The notes beneath the pieces are model-generated. The model saw only the letters and a list, made by a program, of their open reading frames with translations. It did not search any database and was not told the DNA's origin. Shown here piece after piece: positions 13,011-26,703 of a DNA stretch of 64,000 nucleotides. How positions within the stretch are numbered: the stretch's first letter is position 1; every line of letters begins with the position of its first letter. A program made the translations under genes and the position numbers. The stretch is from Eledone cirrhosa (taxonomy: Eukaryota), in contig OZ024742.1 in NCBI GenBank assembly GCA_964016885.1, positions 114,886,001-114,950,000 of the forward strand, in the 5' to 3' direction.

Positions 13011-13469
13011 ATACTTTGGGAGGGTCATGTTGCCAATAAGAAACACACGCACCAGTTGCTTTCACTGCAATTTATTATAATGCATTCATAAATTTAGGAA
13101 TTTATAAATTTCCGGTTGGTTGGTTCAACACATGCGTAAACTAAGCACACAACACACACACAAAAACAAGATGGCGTAGGACAGAACAAAGGAGAGGCAC
13201 AACAAACAAAGACAATAATCCCCAGTCACTGTAGAGGTCACATAATGTGTGACGAAAGAATTTGACAATATATAAACAACCATCTCGTTGTGGAACCAAC
13301 CAACCGGAAATTTATAAATTCCTAAATTTATAAATTTATTATAATAAATTGAAGTGAAATTACTGGTGCGTGTGTTTCTTATAGGCAACATGACCCTCCC
13401 AAAGTATAATAATATCGGTTTCAATACACGTTTTCAGATACAGAATATTGCTAAACAAATTCAGAAACG

Positions 13470-13471
<2 letters not shown>
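13007..13471 (+). mobile_element. Solo PLE pLTR with 5' inverted segment (same family as 25782-26601), between (TA)n runs
   Basis: 13007-13126 is the reverse complement of ~13292-13411. 13130-13471 matches 26247-26601. Contains the ORF start [16 protein letters not shown]. Confidence 0.85.
13225..13266 (+). ncRNA. Type I hammerhead motif (core mutated A6U)
   Basis: GTCA | CTGTAGA | GGTCACA-TAATG-TGTGAC | GAAA GAA TT | TGAC. The homologue at 26339 has CTGAAGA. Confidence 0.65.
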
Positions 13472-13524
<53 letters not shown>

Positions 13525-13551
13525 AGCATATATATATATATATGTATATAA

Positions 13552-13690
<139 letters not shown>

Positions 13691-13740
13691 CATATATATA
13701 TATATATATATATATAAATATATATATATATGTATGTATG

Positions 13741-13789
<49 letters not shown>

Positions 13790-13793
<4 letters not shown>

Positions 13794-14740
13794 GTTTACA
13801 TATATATATATATAAAATCATCGATATATATGTGTTTTGCAGCGGTTCACTTTGTGGGTCAATGAAGAATGTATACACGGTGCCGAAATACTCAATAAAT
13901 ACACCGTCGCATTCGCCGGGAAGGGCTGCTTTCGCTTATTTGTCGAAGATTTCTTCATAGGAGCCTTTATTCTTATAGATTGGTCTAATTGATTTTTTAT
14001 ATGGTTAATTATGTTAATTGGGAGAGGAAACAGTATATATTTTATTTGGTGATTCTATAAACATATTTTATGATATATAGCTCTGATTATTGAATTTATT
14101 AATTCTTCATTGAGCCACAAAGTGACCCGTTGTAAAATACATATATATCTATGACTTTATATATATTTATATATGTAAACCTTTATATGTAATAATCTCC
14201 CGTTAGGTTGAGATACAATTTTGGCTGTATTGGGCTGCGCTTTCTAGCAAAAAGCCTACCAGCCGTAAGCCAATAATCACATCCTTTCTAACTTGACCGC
14301 TGCCACGTCACGATTCTTAGCCATTTTTGAATTTATACTTGGCGCGATCACTTTGGAAAATTAATTGTCTAAATTTGAGCTAACTCCTGAAGAATCCGAA
14401 GCTCTAGATTTCCAATGTTGTCGGATATCTTAAAATGCGGACGAAACGATGGTAGAGGTAACTAAATATATAACCTTTTCTTCTAGTTTATTTTACACCT
14501 AATTCTGTTTAGTTGACTGTATATCTGGTCGATTTATACACGCTGCCGAAATACTCCATAAATACTCCGTGGCAACCGCCGCGAAGGGCTGCTTTCGGTT
14601 ATTTTTCGGAGATTTCTTCATAGGAGCCTTTATTCTTGTAGCTTGGTCTAGTTGATTTTTTATATGGTTAATTATGCTAATTGGGAGAGGAAACGGTATA
14701 TATTTTATCTGGTGATTCTATAGACATGTTTTATGATATA
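13790..14740 (+). mobile_element. PLE pLTR complex: direct repeat ~13872-14078 / ~14536-14740 plus inverted repeat ~13790-13870 / ~14102-14185, flanked by (TA)n
   Basis: Visible diverged direct and inverted duplications, with an embedded HHR at 14384-14457. Confidence 0.7.
14384..14457 (+). ncRNA. Type I hammerhead ribozyme with long stem II
   Basis: CTC | CTGAAGA | ATCCG...AGATTTCC...GGATATCT...CGGAC | GAAAC GATG GTA | GAG. Confidence 0.75.
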
Positions 14741-14753
14741 TATATATATATAT

Positions 14754-16200
<1,447 letters not shown>

Positions 16201-16357
16201 TGTATTTGCTGTATATTCGTGTTATGTGTGTGTAGCTGTGTGTAGATACATATATACATCTGTGTACGAATATATGTGCGAGTTGTGTGTGAGTCTATGC
16301 ACACGTGCAGATCAAGAACAAAATATATATATGGGTATATGTGTGTATATATATATG

Positions 16358-16447
<90 letters not shown>

Positions 16448-16615
16448 TATATATATATATTTATATTTATTTATTAAAATAACAGATTAAAGTTTAAGCA
16501 AATAATCGCTGCTTTCACCCTTAACGGGATCTTCTGAAACATATATATATATATGTGTATATATCTGTGTGTGTGTGTGTGTGAAACAATTATAACACAA
16601 TAAATTGAGTTCCGG

Positions 16616-17012
<397 letters not shown>

Positions 17013-17164
17013 TAAGGGTTAAAATACTGGAGTGTGTTAGAGATAAACACCCTCTTCGTATTATAGAAATGACAGTAAAAGGTATAGCTCAATGTAGTTA
17101 AACAGAGCCGAAAAATTAAGAGAGTAAAACAAAGAAGCCTTCAATACATCAAACGTCTTTATTA

Positions 17165-17202
17165 GCCGACAATGTTTCGTCCTATTAAGGACTCATCAGG
17201 GC
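17165..17202 (-). ncRNA. Canonical minimal type I hammerhead ribozyme (PLE-type)
   Basis: - strand: GCC | CTGATGA | GTCCT-TAAT-AGGAC | GAAAC ATT GTC | GGC. All conserved core nucleotides present; GUC cleavage triplet. Confidence 0.9.
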
Positions 17203-17427
17203 AATTAAAACAACAAGAAGTAATATCGGCAGATACAAGCCGGAAGCTCCGAAGAATATGGAGTGTACATACACTGAAGTATTACAAAAATATATAATAA
17301 CAATATATGATAAAAATATATGATAAAAATTACTAAGGATGTATATTACACTAAGAACCATATTAGAAATATAGTTCAAAGCAAAAACTAGATCTAAACA
17401 AAGGTGGTTATATAGAGCAGGAATTAT

Positions 17428-17520
17428 ATATAATTGTTTCTACTTTAGGCACAAGGCCAGCAAATACCCAGTGCATTACTGGTACTTTATTTTTTCGACC
17501 CCGTAAGGATGAAAGGCAAA
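17428..17520 (-). mobile_element. SINE 3' fragment (family of 27321-27472)
   Basis: Reverse complement of TTTGCCTTTCATCCTTACGGGGTCGA...AAAGTACCAGTAATGCACTGGGT..GCTGGCCTTGTGCCTAAAGTAGAAACAATT. Confidence 0.88.
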
Positions 17521-19216
17521 AATAATACAATATAATATACTATAATATACCTTTACCAACATTAAAATTGCAATAAAAATCAAAAGATACAATATGCATA
17601 TGTATATATGTACGCACACGTACACACACACATACACATACAACAATACACACATCATCCTCAACTGCAAACCTTATTAAGAATTTGAATATAAAAATAA
17701 GCATGATAGGAATGAAAATAATAATAATAATAATAATAACACATCTACCCAATATACATGAGGTAATAATATGATATAATTATAAGTAGTACATAGGTGA
17801 TAGTATGATATAATTATAAGTAGCACATATAATAATGAATAATACAATTATATACTATATAATACAATATAATAGAATAGATAATCTCCGGTTAATTTAC
17901 ACAAACAATATAGATGTCACAATAATAATATAATAATAATATTTACAATATACAATATACTAACATTCTAAATGTACTCAAGTTAACAAGTCAATTCATA
18001 CTGGATTACAGAGTAGGTGAGGAAAAATAAAATGTACAATACCTCAAAAAAATGTTGATGATACAGAAGTACAAACATCTTACAATATATATCAGGTTTA
18101 ACATATCATAATGTTACATATAATTAACGGTAAATAATAAGGATCAATATTACAATAAAAAATACAATATAATATAATATATTATATAAAATGAAATTAA
18201 TACAATATAATATATAATTACTTATAATTACAAGGTTGGTAGACAGACATGTACATGGATGAGTGAGTGAGTGCCAGACAGTAAATAGTAAATATAATGC
18301 ACAGTAGTATTACAAAGTATAGAATAATATAAATAAATAGAATCAACCGGAAATTAAAAAACAAAAAAAAACGTATACATTTAGGTCTCACATGCAGTTA
18401 AGTAGTTAAGTAAAAGCTAAGGAAATACCCCTGTAAATGACTCGAAAACCCTATTTGATAAATTAATATTAAAAATATTTAAACTATCCAATAAGGCAGT
18501 ATAATATTGGCTATAGTTTAAGTCATTAAAGTTTATAAACGTTAATATTTCGTTCCAAATGTTTACAAAAAGGAATGAAAAGTTTTTATTATCATATACA
18601 TAATGATATCGAAAGAACTGACTTAAGCAGAATTAAGGTAGGCTAATAGGGACAGAAATGAAGAAATGTATGGAGGATGCAAAGGGGCATAAAATATAGT
18701 CGATATACTATATTACATAATAGAAAAGAGTGTAAAAGAAGGGAGGGGGGTTAAATATAATATAATCATAGTCAATTTGGAGGTGTTGACAATAAGTTTA
18801 TGTGCGCATGGGGGGGGGGGGGTCCAAAGAAGAATCCGAATAAAGATAAAAATAAAAATAACGATAAAATAAAATAAATAGCGTGAAATATATAATATTA
18901 TATACATTCATAAGGTGTAACAGTGAAAATTTAATGCGTAAGAAGATAGATGTGGTACAGTAGCCAAAAGATTATGAGATCGAGAATGAAGAGTCATCAA
19001 AAACCAATTATAATAATGATGATAATAATAATGTTGGCAAACAAAAGGACCTAATCTAAAAAATAAAAAATAAAAAATAAATAATGGAATATATCAGCTA
19101 ATGGGTACAATTTGTACTACTAAAAAATTAGCAAGTTGACAGCGATACGAAAGAGGAAATAACACAAATAAGAATAAATAAACAAACACACGTGGTAAGC
19201 AAATGCACAAAATAAA

Positions 19217-19285
<69 letters not shown>

Positions 19286-19342
19286 CAAATACACAACCAT
19301 AACCACAACCATAACCACCACCAGCACCACAACCAGCACCAC

Positions 19343-19408
<66 letters not shown>

Positions 19409-19559
19409 TAAAATAACAGATTAAACTTTAATCTATTATTTTAATAAATATTTGCTCTACGGTTCTTATATATTTGATATATATTTATCCTTATCGAGCC
19501 CTCTTTGGATTTTAGTCTTCAAAATTCTTATTATTAATATATATATATATATATATATA

Positions 19560-22500
19560 TAAAGAATGAATAATAACAGGTAGACATCATAAAAAGGTAG
19601 TTTATTCCGTGTGCTTACAAGTGTTTCCACGGTGGTACTGCAGCCTAGTTCCGCTACGTGCAAATTCACAAGTATTTGCAGAACTCGAATATCCAATGCT
19701 GTGACCAGTTTCCTCAGAGCAGAATGGTAAATATACAATGTAAACACCCTTAAGTGGGGTTGTTGGGGAAGATAGAGTGGAACAGGAAGAGAGAAAAGTA
19801 GGGAAGATGGAGAGAGAAGGAAAGATATGCAGGGGTTGGAGAAGTAGGAGAGAGTGGCTTGTAGATATCTTAATCAAAATGTTATGGTAGGGGTTTTATT
19901 AGTTACTTTTGGAGAGATGCGTAGATAGTTGAGGTCGGAATTATTTATTGCCCCAGAGGTCAAGTTCATAGATGTTGAGAGGGAGGTAGGTCAAAGGTGA
20001 GAGAGAGAGAGTGTAATGGATGTAGAGAGAGATATATAGGTAGAGAGGGGACAGATAAAGTATATGTGGTGAGTGAACTTTTGGTTTTGTAGTAGTAATC
20101 TAGGAATTGTACTGGGTTACCATGTATAGTGATAAGCAGTGTATTGTCTTGTAGTGTGGGGGAGAAGAGAAGGTTGTTAGCTAGAAAGTGGTGTTGTAGT
20201 TACGGGTTCGAATGTTAAGTTATTTTATAGTGAGAGAATTTAGCTTTTAGTTTGTGGTTGCAGTATAATGATCGTTCAATTCTATCGTTAAGTAGTTTGT
20301 TTTTGGATTTTAGTATGTAAAATAGCTCAAGGTTACATAACCTGCAGTACTTCAAACCACTCCGATATGCATTTGCGCTGGAAAGTATATCCCATTTTAA
20401 GGTGAACTGTTGGTTGTGTTCACGGAGTTGCCAGGTCTTGTTGGCGAGCGTGGTCACAAAACGGTGATTCTGATGTTTGATTGAGAATCGATGACGGTAC
20501 CAGCGAGATTTAAACGATGTGGTGGTAGATCCGATATAATACCATTTCTGGTCGTCCGATTCAACCGTGCATTGGTAAACAATGTTGGACTTTAGGCATT
20601 CATTCTGCAATGGACATCTTTCAGGTAGATGGCAGTTACATGCTTTGTTGTGGGTAGCGGGTATACCATGGATAGGTTGTGATAGCGGTACAGGTGGGTT
20701 GTGCAATACCCGTCTCCCATTTAGTGGTTGGGAGGCAGATATTGCGTTCTGCCCATCTGTTACTAAAATGTTTTGTTTTGTAGAGTTGTTTAATTGCCTT
20801 AAGTTAAGTTTTTTTATGTATGCTTCAAGGTTTGGTGCCGTGGAGTATGATAGTCTAATAGTTTTGGAGTTCAGAATTTTGCTGTACTTATGAGAACTAG
20901 GGAAGTGTTTATTGATTAATTTAAAGAATGAAAGAGATAGTTTTGTACTAATCGAGGCATTAAAAATAGGATTATACCAGATATACTTTCTACAACGTGA
21001 TTTATTTGGTGGTGATCTTCTATTATTAGTATGTCTGGTAGTATAGTGTGTGTGTGCTTGTGTTTAGTCCCCCGGTTACGTATACCTTGATTACGTATAG
21101 AGCTATGTGTGTTGTGGAAATTACTATCGATGTATTCTATTGTATCCCGGTGGTCAGCATTCCTTAATGCATTATTGTAGTATTCAGCATGTTCGCTAAA
21201 AATATCAGAGTTAGACGATAGGCGAGAGATTCTAAGAGAAATACTCCGGGGAACTGATTTGATCATGGAGAGTGGGTGGTTAGAGTTAAAGTTAATATAC
21301 GTAAGATTCTCATTTACCTTGTGGAAGGGTCGTATCTGTCCGGTATTTAAATTAAGAGTTACGTCCAGAAACTTTACTACCTTAAGATTGTATTCGTATG
21401 TTATTTTTAGGCCCAGTTCACTAAAAGATTTTCTAATATTTTTCCGTAGCCTTTCAAGATTTTGGTTATTCAAGTTATTAACTAATAAGAGCCCGTCATC
21501 TCTATATATCCCCCCCTGTAGATTACTAAATCTACTATGTAATATGTGGGCTATGTAAATTCCCACGAGATCCGTGACCTCCGCCGAGTCGTTGGAACCC
21601 ATGGTAATATCGAAATTTGTGGGTCTGTCCTTACGTTCCCAGTAGCAGTTGTCGAACTCAATTATTAAGTTCGACAACTGCTACTGGGAACGTAAGGACA
21701 GACCCACAAATTTCGATATTACCATGGGTTCCAACGACTCGGCGGAGGTCACGGATCTCGTGGGAATTTACATAGCCCACATATTACATAGTAGATTTAG
21801 TAATCTACAGGGGGGGGGGGATATATAGAGATGACGGGCTCTTATTAGTTAATAACTCGAATAACCAAAATCTTGAAAGGCTACGGAAAAATATTAGAAA
21901 ATCTTTTAGTGAACTGGGCCTAAAAATAACATACGAATACAATCTTAAGGTAGTAAACTTTCTGGACGTAACTCTTAATTTAAATACCGGACAGATACGA
22001 CCCTTCCACAAGGTAAATGAGAACCTTACGTATATTAACTTTAACTCTAACCACCCACTCTCCATGATCAAATCAGTTCCCCGGAGTATTTCTCTTAGAA
22101 TCTCTCGCCTATCGTCTAACTGTGATATTTTTAGCGAACATGCTGAATACTACAATAATGCATTAAGGAATGCTGACCACCGGCATACAATAGAATACAT
22201 CGATAGTAATTTCCACAACACACATAGCTCTACACGTAATCAAGGTATACGTAACCGGGGGACTAAACACAAGCACACACACACTATACTACCAGACATA
22301 CTAATAATAGAAGATCACCACCAAATAAATCACGTTGTAGAAAGTATATCTGGTATAATCCTATTTTTAATGCCTCGATTAGTACAAAACTATCTCTTTC
22401 ATTCTTTAAATTAATCAATAAACACTTCCCTAGTTCTCATAAGTACAGCAAAATTCTGAACTCCAAAACTATTAGACTATCATACTCCACGGCACCAAAC

Positions 22501-22702
22501 CTTGAAGCATACATAAAAAAACTTAACTTAAGGCAATTAAACAACTCTACAAAACAAAACATTTTAGTAACAGATGGGCAGAACGCAATATCTGCCTCCC
22601 AACCACTAAATGGGAGACAGGTATTGCACAACCCACCTGTACCGCTATCACAACCTATCCATGGTATACCCGCTACCCACAACAAAGCATGTAACAAAGC
22701 AT
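19560..22702 (-). mobile_element. PLE-B: 5'-truncated Cys-rich-EN PLE (tentatively Nematis-like) with a ~1-kb fold-back inversion, 3' end at (TA)n
   Basis: RT motifs FDITMGSNDSAEVTDLVG, GIYRDDGL, VKFLDVTLNL, YINFNSNHP. EN CNC..PERCPLQNEC..NIVY..YYIGST..CRLC..CNH (20215-20706). Arms 20635-21658 / 21668-22694. Confidence 0.93.
19612..19721 (-). ncRNA. Type I hammerhead ribozyme with a very long stem II in the PLE-B 3' end
   Basis: - strand: TGCT | CTGAGGA | ~83-nt stem II (TGGT..CAGC..AGTTC-TGCAAAT..ATTTGCA..GAACT..GCTG..ACCA) | GAAAC ACTT GTA | AGCA. Confidence 0.75.
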
Positions 22703-22809
22703 GAAAACATGTTTTGGATTATGTTATGCATAAGACATGCATCTTCGAAATATATGTAATAAAATAGAGATGATATAAAGTAAATGACTTTTGTATATTA
22801 TTATCCCGC

Positions 22810-22895
22810 TAGGATAACTTTGCCTTGCATCCTTACGGGGTTGATAAAAGTACCAGTAATGCACTGGAATAATCGCTGGCCTTGTGCCAAATGTA
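22810..22895 (+). mobile_element. SINE 3' fragment (family of 27321-27472)
   Basis: AACTTTGCCTTGCATCCTTACGGGGTTGATAAAAGTACCAGTAATGCACTGG..GCTGGCCTTGTGCC. Confidence 0.8.
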
Positions 22896-22930
22896 TAAAA
22901 AATTATGATTATTATATGTGTGTGTATATA

Positions 22931-23085
22931 TCATCATCATTATTATCAGTTTATGTCCGCTTTTCCCTGCTTGCAAGGGTGGGACGGGAACGGATTCTGG
23001 CTTGATTTCTACATATGGATGCCATTCCTAACACCAACCGCATTTACAGTAAGTGCTGGATTTGTTTTCGCCGTGGCACCTCCAA
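22931..23085 (-). mobile_element. SINE fragment with Meta-domain-like core and (ATG)n tail
   Basis: - strand GGTTGGTGTTAGGAATGGCATCCATATGTAGAAA resembles the MetaSINE conserved block; ends in ATG repeats. Confidence 0.6.
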
Positions 23086-23134
23086 GACCACTTTGCAGTG
23101 GAATGATAGGGACCCCAGTCCTATCATATCATTT

Positions 23135-23272
23135 CTACCGCTGAGTAAACTGGAGCAATGCGAAATAAAGTGTCTTGCTCAAGGAAACAACACATCACCC
23201 GGTCTGAGTATTGAACTCACAACCTTTCGATTGCAAGCCCAATGCTCAAACCACTAAGCCATGTGTCTCCCC
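23135..23272 (-). mobile_element. tRNA-derived SINE head + CORE-like block
   Basis: - strand TGGCTTAGTGG (A box) ... GAGTTCAATAC (B box) ... GTTTCCTTGAGCAAGACACTTTA. Confidence 0.75.
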
Positions 23273-23429
23273 TGGATATATATATATACTTACACATATA
23301 TGTATATGTGTGTATGTGTGCGTATACATATACTCATATATACACACACACAGGCCCTCAATCCAGCGGCTTTACAGAACATATTAATTATTTACCTACT
23401 GCTCCTCCCTAAACTTATCACAATAATAG

Positions 23430-23850
23430 GAAAAGGAAAATTTTTTCGTTTACACCCACTACCCTCTAACTGTCAAAACTAATGTAGGAAGGACATTCCT
23501 TGACCTCCGAGACAAATATTTCCCCCCCCTCATCATAGATATAAGTCATTTAATAGAAATGTAGTCAAAATCAGTTACTCTTGCTGTCCATCAATGTACC
23601 ATCTCTAATCGTACGAGAGTAAATCTAGGATGCAATTTCAGGAAGTCGGAAGAATGCACATTACAGGGCAAATGTAATACTAAATCCGTAGTGTATGAGG
23701 ACAAATTGACACTGTTGATTAACAACCAGCCAGCCAGGAGTGAACGATATGTTGGCATGACTCAGGACATGTTCAAAACCAGGTTTTAACGCGCATGTCG
23801 CTTCTTTTAAACACTCTGATAAAAGAACAACAACGGCTCTCAAAAATACC
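23430..23850 (+). mobile_element. Decayed PLE linker + GIY-YIG fragment (Cys-rich type)
   Basis: VKTNVGRTFLDLRDKYFP..FNRNVVKISYSC; CNFRKSEECTLQGKCNTKSVVYE; YVGMTQDMFKTRF..HVASFKH, with frameshifts. Confidence 0.8.
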
Positions 23851-24239
23851 AAAGGGGCACAAAGAATTGTTCTTTGTGCACCACGGAAAAATTTAGAATG
23901 CTCCAAAATTTGAAAGCCACTTCCACTTGCTTTAACTCCAAGACCGAGACCATCAAATGTTGTCCTCATCTGAAATCATAACTTCTTTGTAACGGGATTG
24001 GCATTCCTACGATGACTCAACCTCCTTGAACTTCTTTTTACTCGTTACGCCTTACATCCATTACGTTTATTATTACTCTCTGATCTCACATTCTGTACCC
24101 ATATATTCATTTTCTGCCTCCTCTCCTCCTATAATTACCTCTTTTATATAAATATATTTGTTTCTCTGTGTATGTATGTATCTTTATATATGTGTATGAA
24201 TGTATGTGTATATATGCATGCATGTATGTATGTGTATGT

Positions 24240-24309
<70 letters not shown>

Positions 24310-24433
24310 GTGTGTGTGTGCGCGTGTATGTGTGTGTGTGTGCTTATATGAGTGTGTATATATTGTGCGTGAATAAGCACGTTTTTGTTTATATGTGTGT
24401 ATGTGAATGCTTATTTATTTATATTTATGTATA

Positions 24434-24507
<74 letters not shown>

Positions 24508-24771
24508 CGGAAAAAGTGAAACGAAATTTCATTTCCCACACTTAGTACGGCTGTTACTTAAATATAAGTATGTACACGTACATACATATATGTATACAGA
24601 CGTACAGTAGTATGTATATATATATATACATACATGCACACATATATATATATACGTATGTATTCACCGAACATTTATTATAATGCTCGGTGTGTTTGTA
24701 AACAAACATCCCGTATTAAGCCGAAGTGTCCAGAAACCATCGTTGCTCGTTTGTTTAACACTGACAAAGGA

Positions 24772-24814
24772 ACGCTGTACTAGTTTCAAGCTTATTAGCT
24801 ATCGTCAGAAACGT
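24772..24814 (-). ncRNA. Minimal type I hammerhead motif in a PLE-end remnant (~24660-24880)
   Basis: - strand: ACGTTT | CTGACGA | TAGCT-AATA-AGCTT | GAAAC TA GTA | CAGCGT. Palindromic ACTAGT in stem III. Confidence 0.7.
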
Positions 24815-24879
24815 ATACCTTCCTGCCAGATTGTTGAACGTGTACATACTTATATTTAAGTAAAAGCCGTACTACGAGT

Positions 24880-25781
24880 GGGAAATGAATGGGCCCGAAC
24901 TATGCCAACCTTTTTGTTGGCCATGTTGATGCCCAAATCTTTGCCCAGTACACTGGCCCCACGCCCGAACTGTACGGTCGTTACATTGACGACTGTGTCG
25001 GAGCCACGACCCTCACCCGAGAACAGCTCGACTCCTTTCTCTCCTTCTTCTGCTCCTTCCACCCCTCCCTCCACTTCACCACCTCTATCTCCACCACCCA
25101 CGTCCACTTCTTAGACATCTCCGTCGCCTTCGACCCCTCCCACCACTCCCTCGTCACCTCCGCCTTCTTCAAACCCACCGACTCCCACTCTTACCTCAAC
25201 TTCACCTCTTCCGACCCCACCCACACTAAACACTCCCTTCCCTACTCCAAACTTCTAAGGATCCGCCGCCTCTGTAGCCGAGATGCTGACTTTGAGTCCC
25301 AGGCCCTTTCCCTGGTCAGCCATTTCATCCGCAGAGGTTACCCACTCGTCCACACCGCTCTCACCCGCGCCCGTACTGTCCCCCGCTCCACCACCCTTAC
25401 CCCACGCCACCGCACCCCCACCCACCGTCTCCCCTTGCCCATCACCTACCACCCATCCACCTTACCCCTCCACCACACCATCCGCCGCCTCTTCCGACGC
25501 CTCCAGTCCGACCCCTCCACCTCCCACATCTTCCCAACCCCACCACTCCCCTCCTTCAAACGCGCACGCAATCTCCGCACCCTCCACGTCCACAGCTCCC
25601 TACCCCCCAACCCACGCTCTGTTCCTCCCCCCCCAGTTCCTTTCCCTGTTCTAGGCCCCGCTGCAACACCTGTCCCCACATCACCAACACCACCACCTTC
25701 CAGGGTCCCAACGGCCACTCTCTCTCTGTCCGGCATGCCTTCCGCTGCACTTCCTCCAACCTAGTCTACGGATTTCGCTGT
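24880..25781 (+). mobile_element. C-rich PLE fragment (RT C-half + CxxxxCxxC linker; Neptune-like)
   Basis: MGPNYANLFVG, YGRYIDD, VHFLDI, KPTDSHSYL, SLPYS.LLRIRRLCS. After a frameshift in the poly-C (~25627-25634): PCSRPRCNTCPHI...FRCTSSNLVYGFRC. Confidence 0.9.
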
Positions 25782-26601
25782 AAAATAAGCCCCCATATTA
25801 ACTGTAAAACTAGAAATGTAGTGTATAGCATAAGATGTACTGAAGGACAATGTAGAGACAAAAATATAGTGTACATAGGTGAGACAGCTCGTAGTGTAGG
25901 GGAACGGATAAATGAACACTGGCGAGACCTTCAAGATAATAAAGAATCATCTGTACTCTACCAACATGCTAAGATAGAACACAAGGGTAAATTAGAGAAC
26001 ATAGAAATAAAAATAGAATCTACACACAGAAAAGACGCAATGTTTAGACAAATTACAGAAGCAATAAACATAAAAGAATTACAACCAAAATTAAATAGAA
26101 AATACGAGTGGAACAGCAACATCACAACTTACAATTAAGGACAAAATGAAAACACACACACACATAGAACAAACAACCAACCAGTAACATGCAAATAAAC
26201 AAATAAATAAATGAACATAAACACACACAGACACCCGGATGTGGCGCATGCGCAGACTGAGCACACAACACACACACAGAAACAAAATGGCCTAGGACAG
26301 AACAAAGGAGAGGCACAGAAAGAAAGAAATGAATCCCCAGTCACTGAAGAGGTCCCAGAGTGTGTGACGAAAGAACTATGACTATATATAAACAACTATC
26401 TGGTTGTGGAACCAACCAACCAACCAACCAGAAAGTTATAAATTTGTAAATTTATAAATTTGTAAATATATAATAAATTGAAGTGAAAGCTTGTGGTGCG
26501 TGTGTTTCTTATTGGCAACATGACCCTCCCAAAGTATAACAATAGCGGTTTCAACACACGATTTCAGATAAAGAATCTTGCTAAACAAATTCTGAAACGA
26601 A
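25782..26601 (+). mobile_element. A-rich PLE 3' end: GIY-YIG endonuclease + pLTR, ending at (TA)n
   Basis: CKTRNVVYSIRC...VYIGETARSVGERINEH...HAKIEH...RQITEAINIK...LNRKYEW* (stop 26138). The pLTR matches 13130-13471. Confidence 0.9.
26339..26383 (+). ncRNA. Minimal type I hammerhead ribozyme in PLE pLTR
   Basis: AGTCA | CTGAAGA | GGTCCCA-GAGTG-TGTGAC | GAAAG AA CTA | TGACT. Confidence 0.75.
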
Positions 26602-26668
26602 ATATATATATATATATAAATATGTGCGTGTGTGAGTGTGTGTGTGCGTATGTGTGTGCGTGTTTGTG

Positions 26669-26703
<35 letters not shown>

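Noticed and set aside
16505-16540. Hammerhead-like motif on the - strand (CAGAAGA-TCCC-GTTAA-GGGT-GAAAGC)
   Set aside because: Core U4 is mutated, the stem II closing pair is broken and there is no clear NUH or stem I; at most a decayed remnant.
23135-23272. tRNA gene
   Set aside because: A/B boxes are present but there is no acceptor stem, and it continues into a SINE body.
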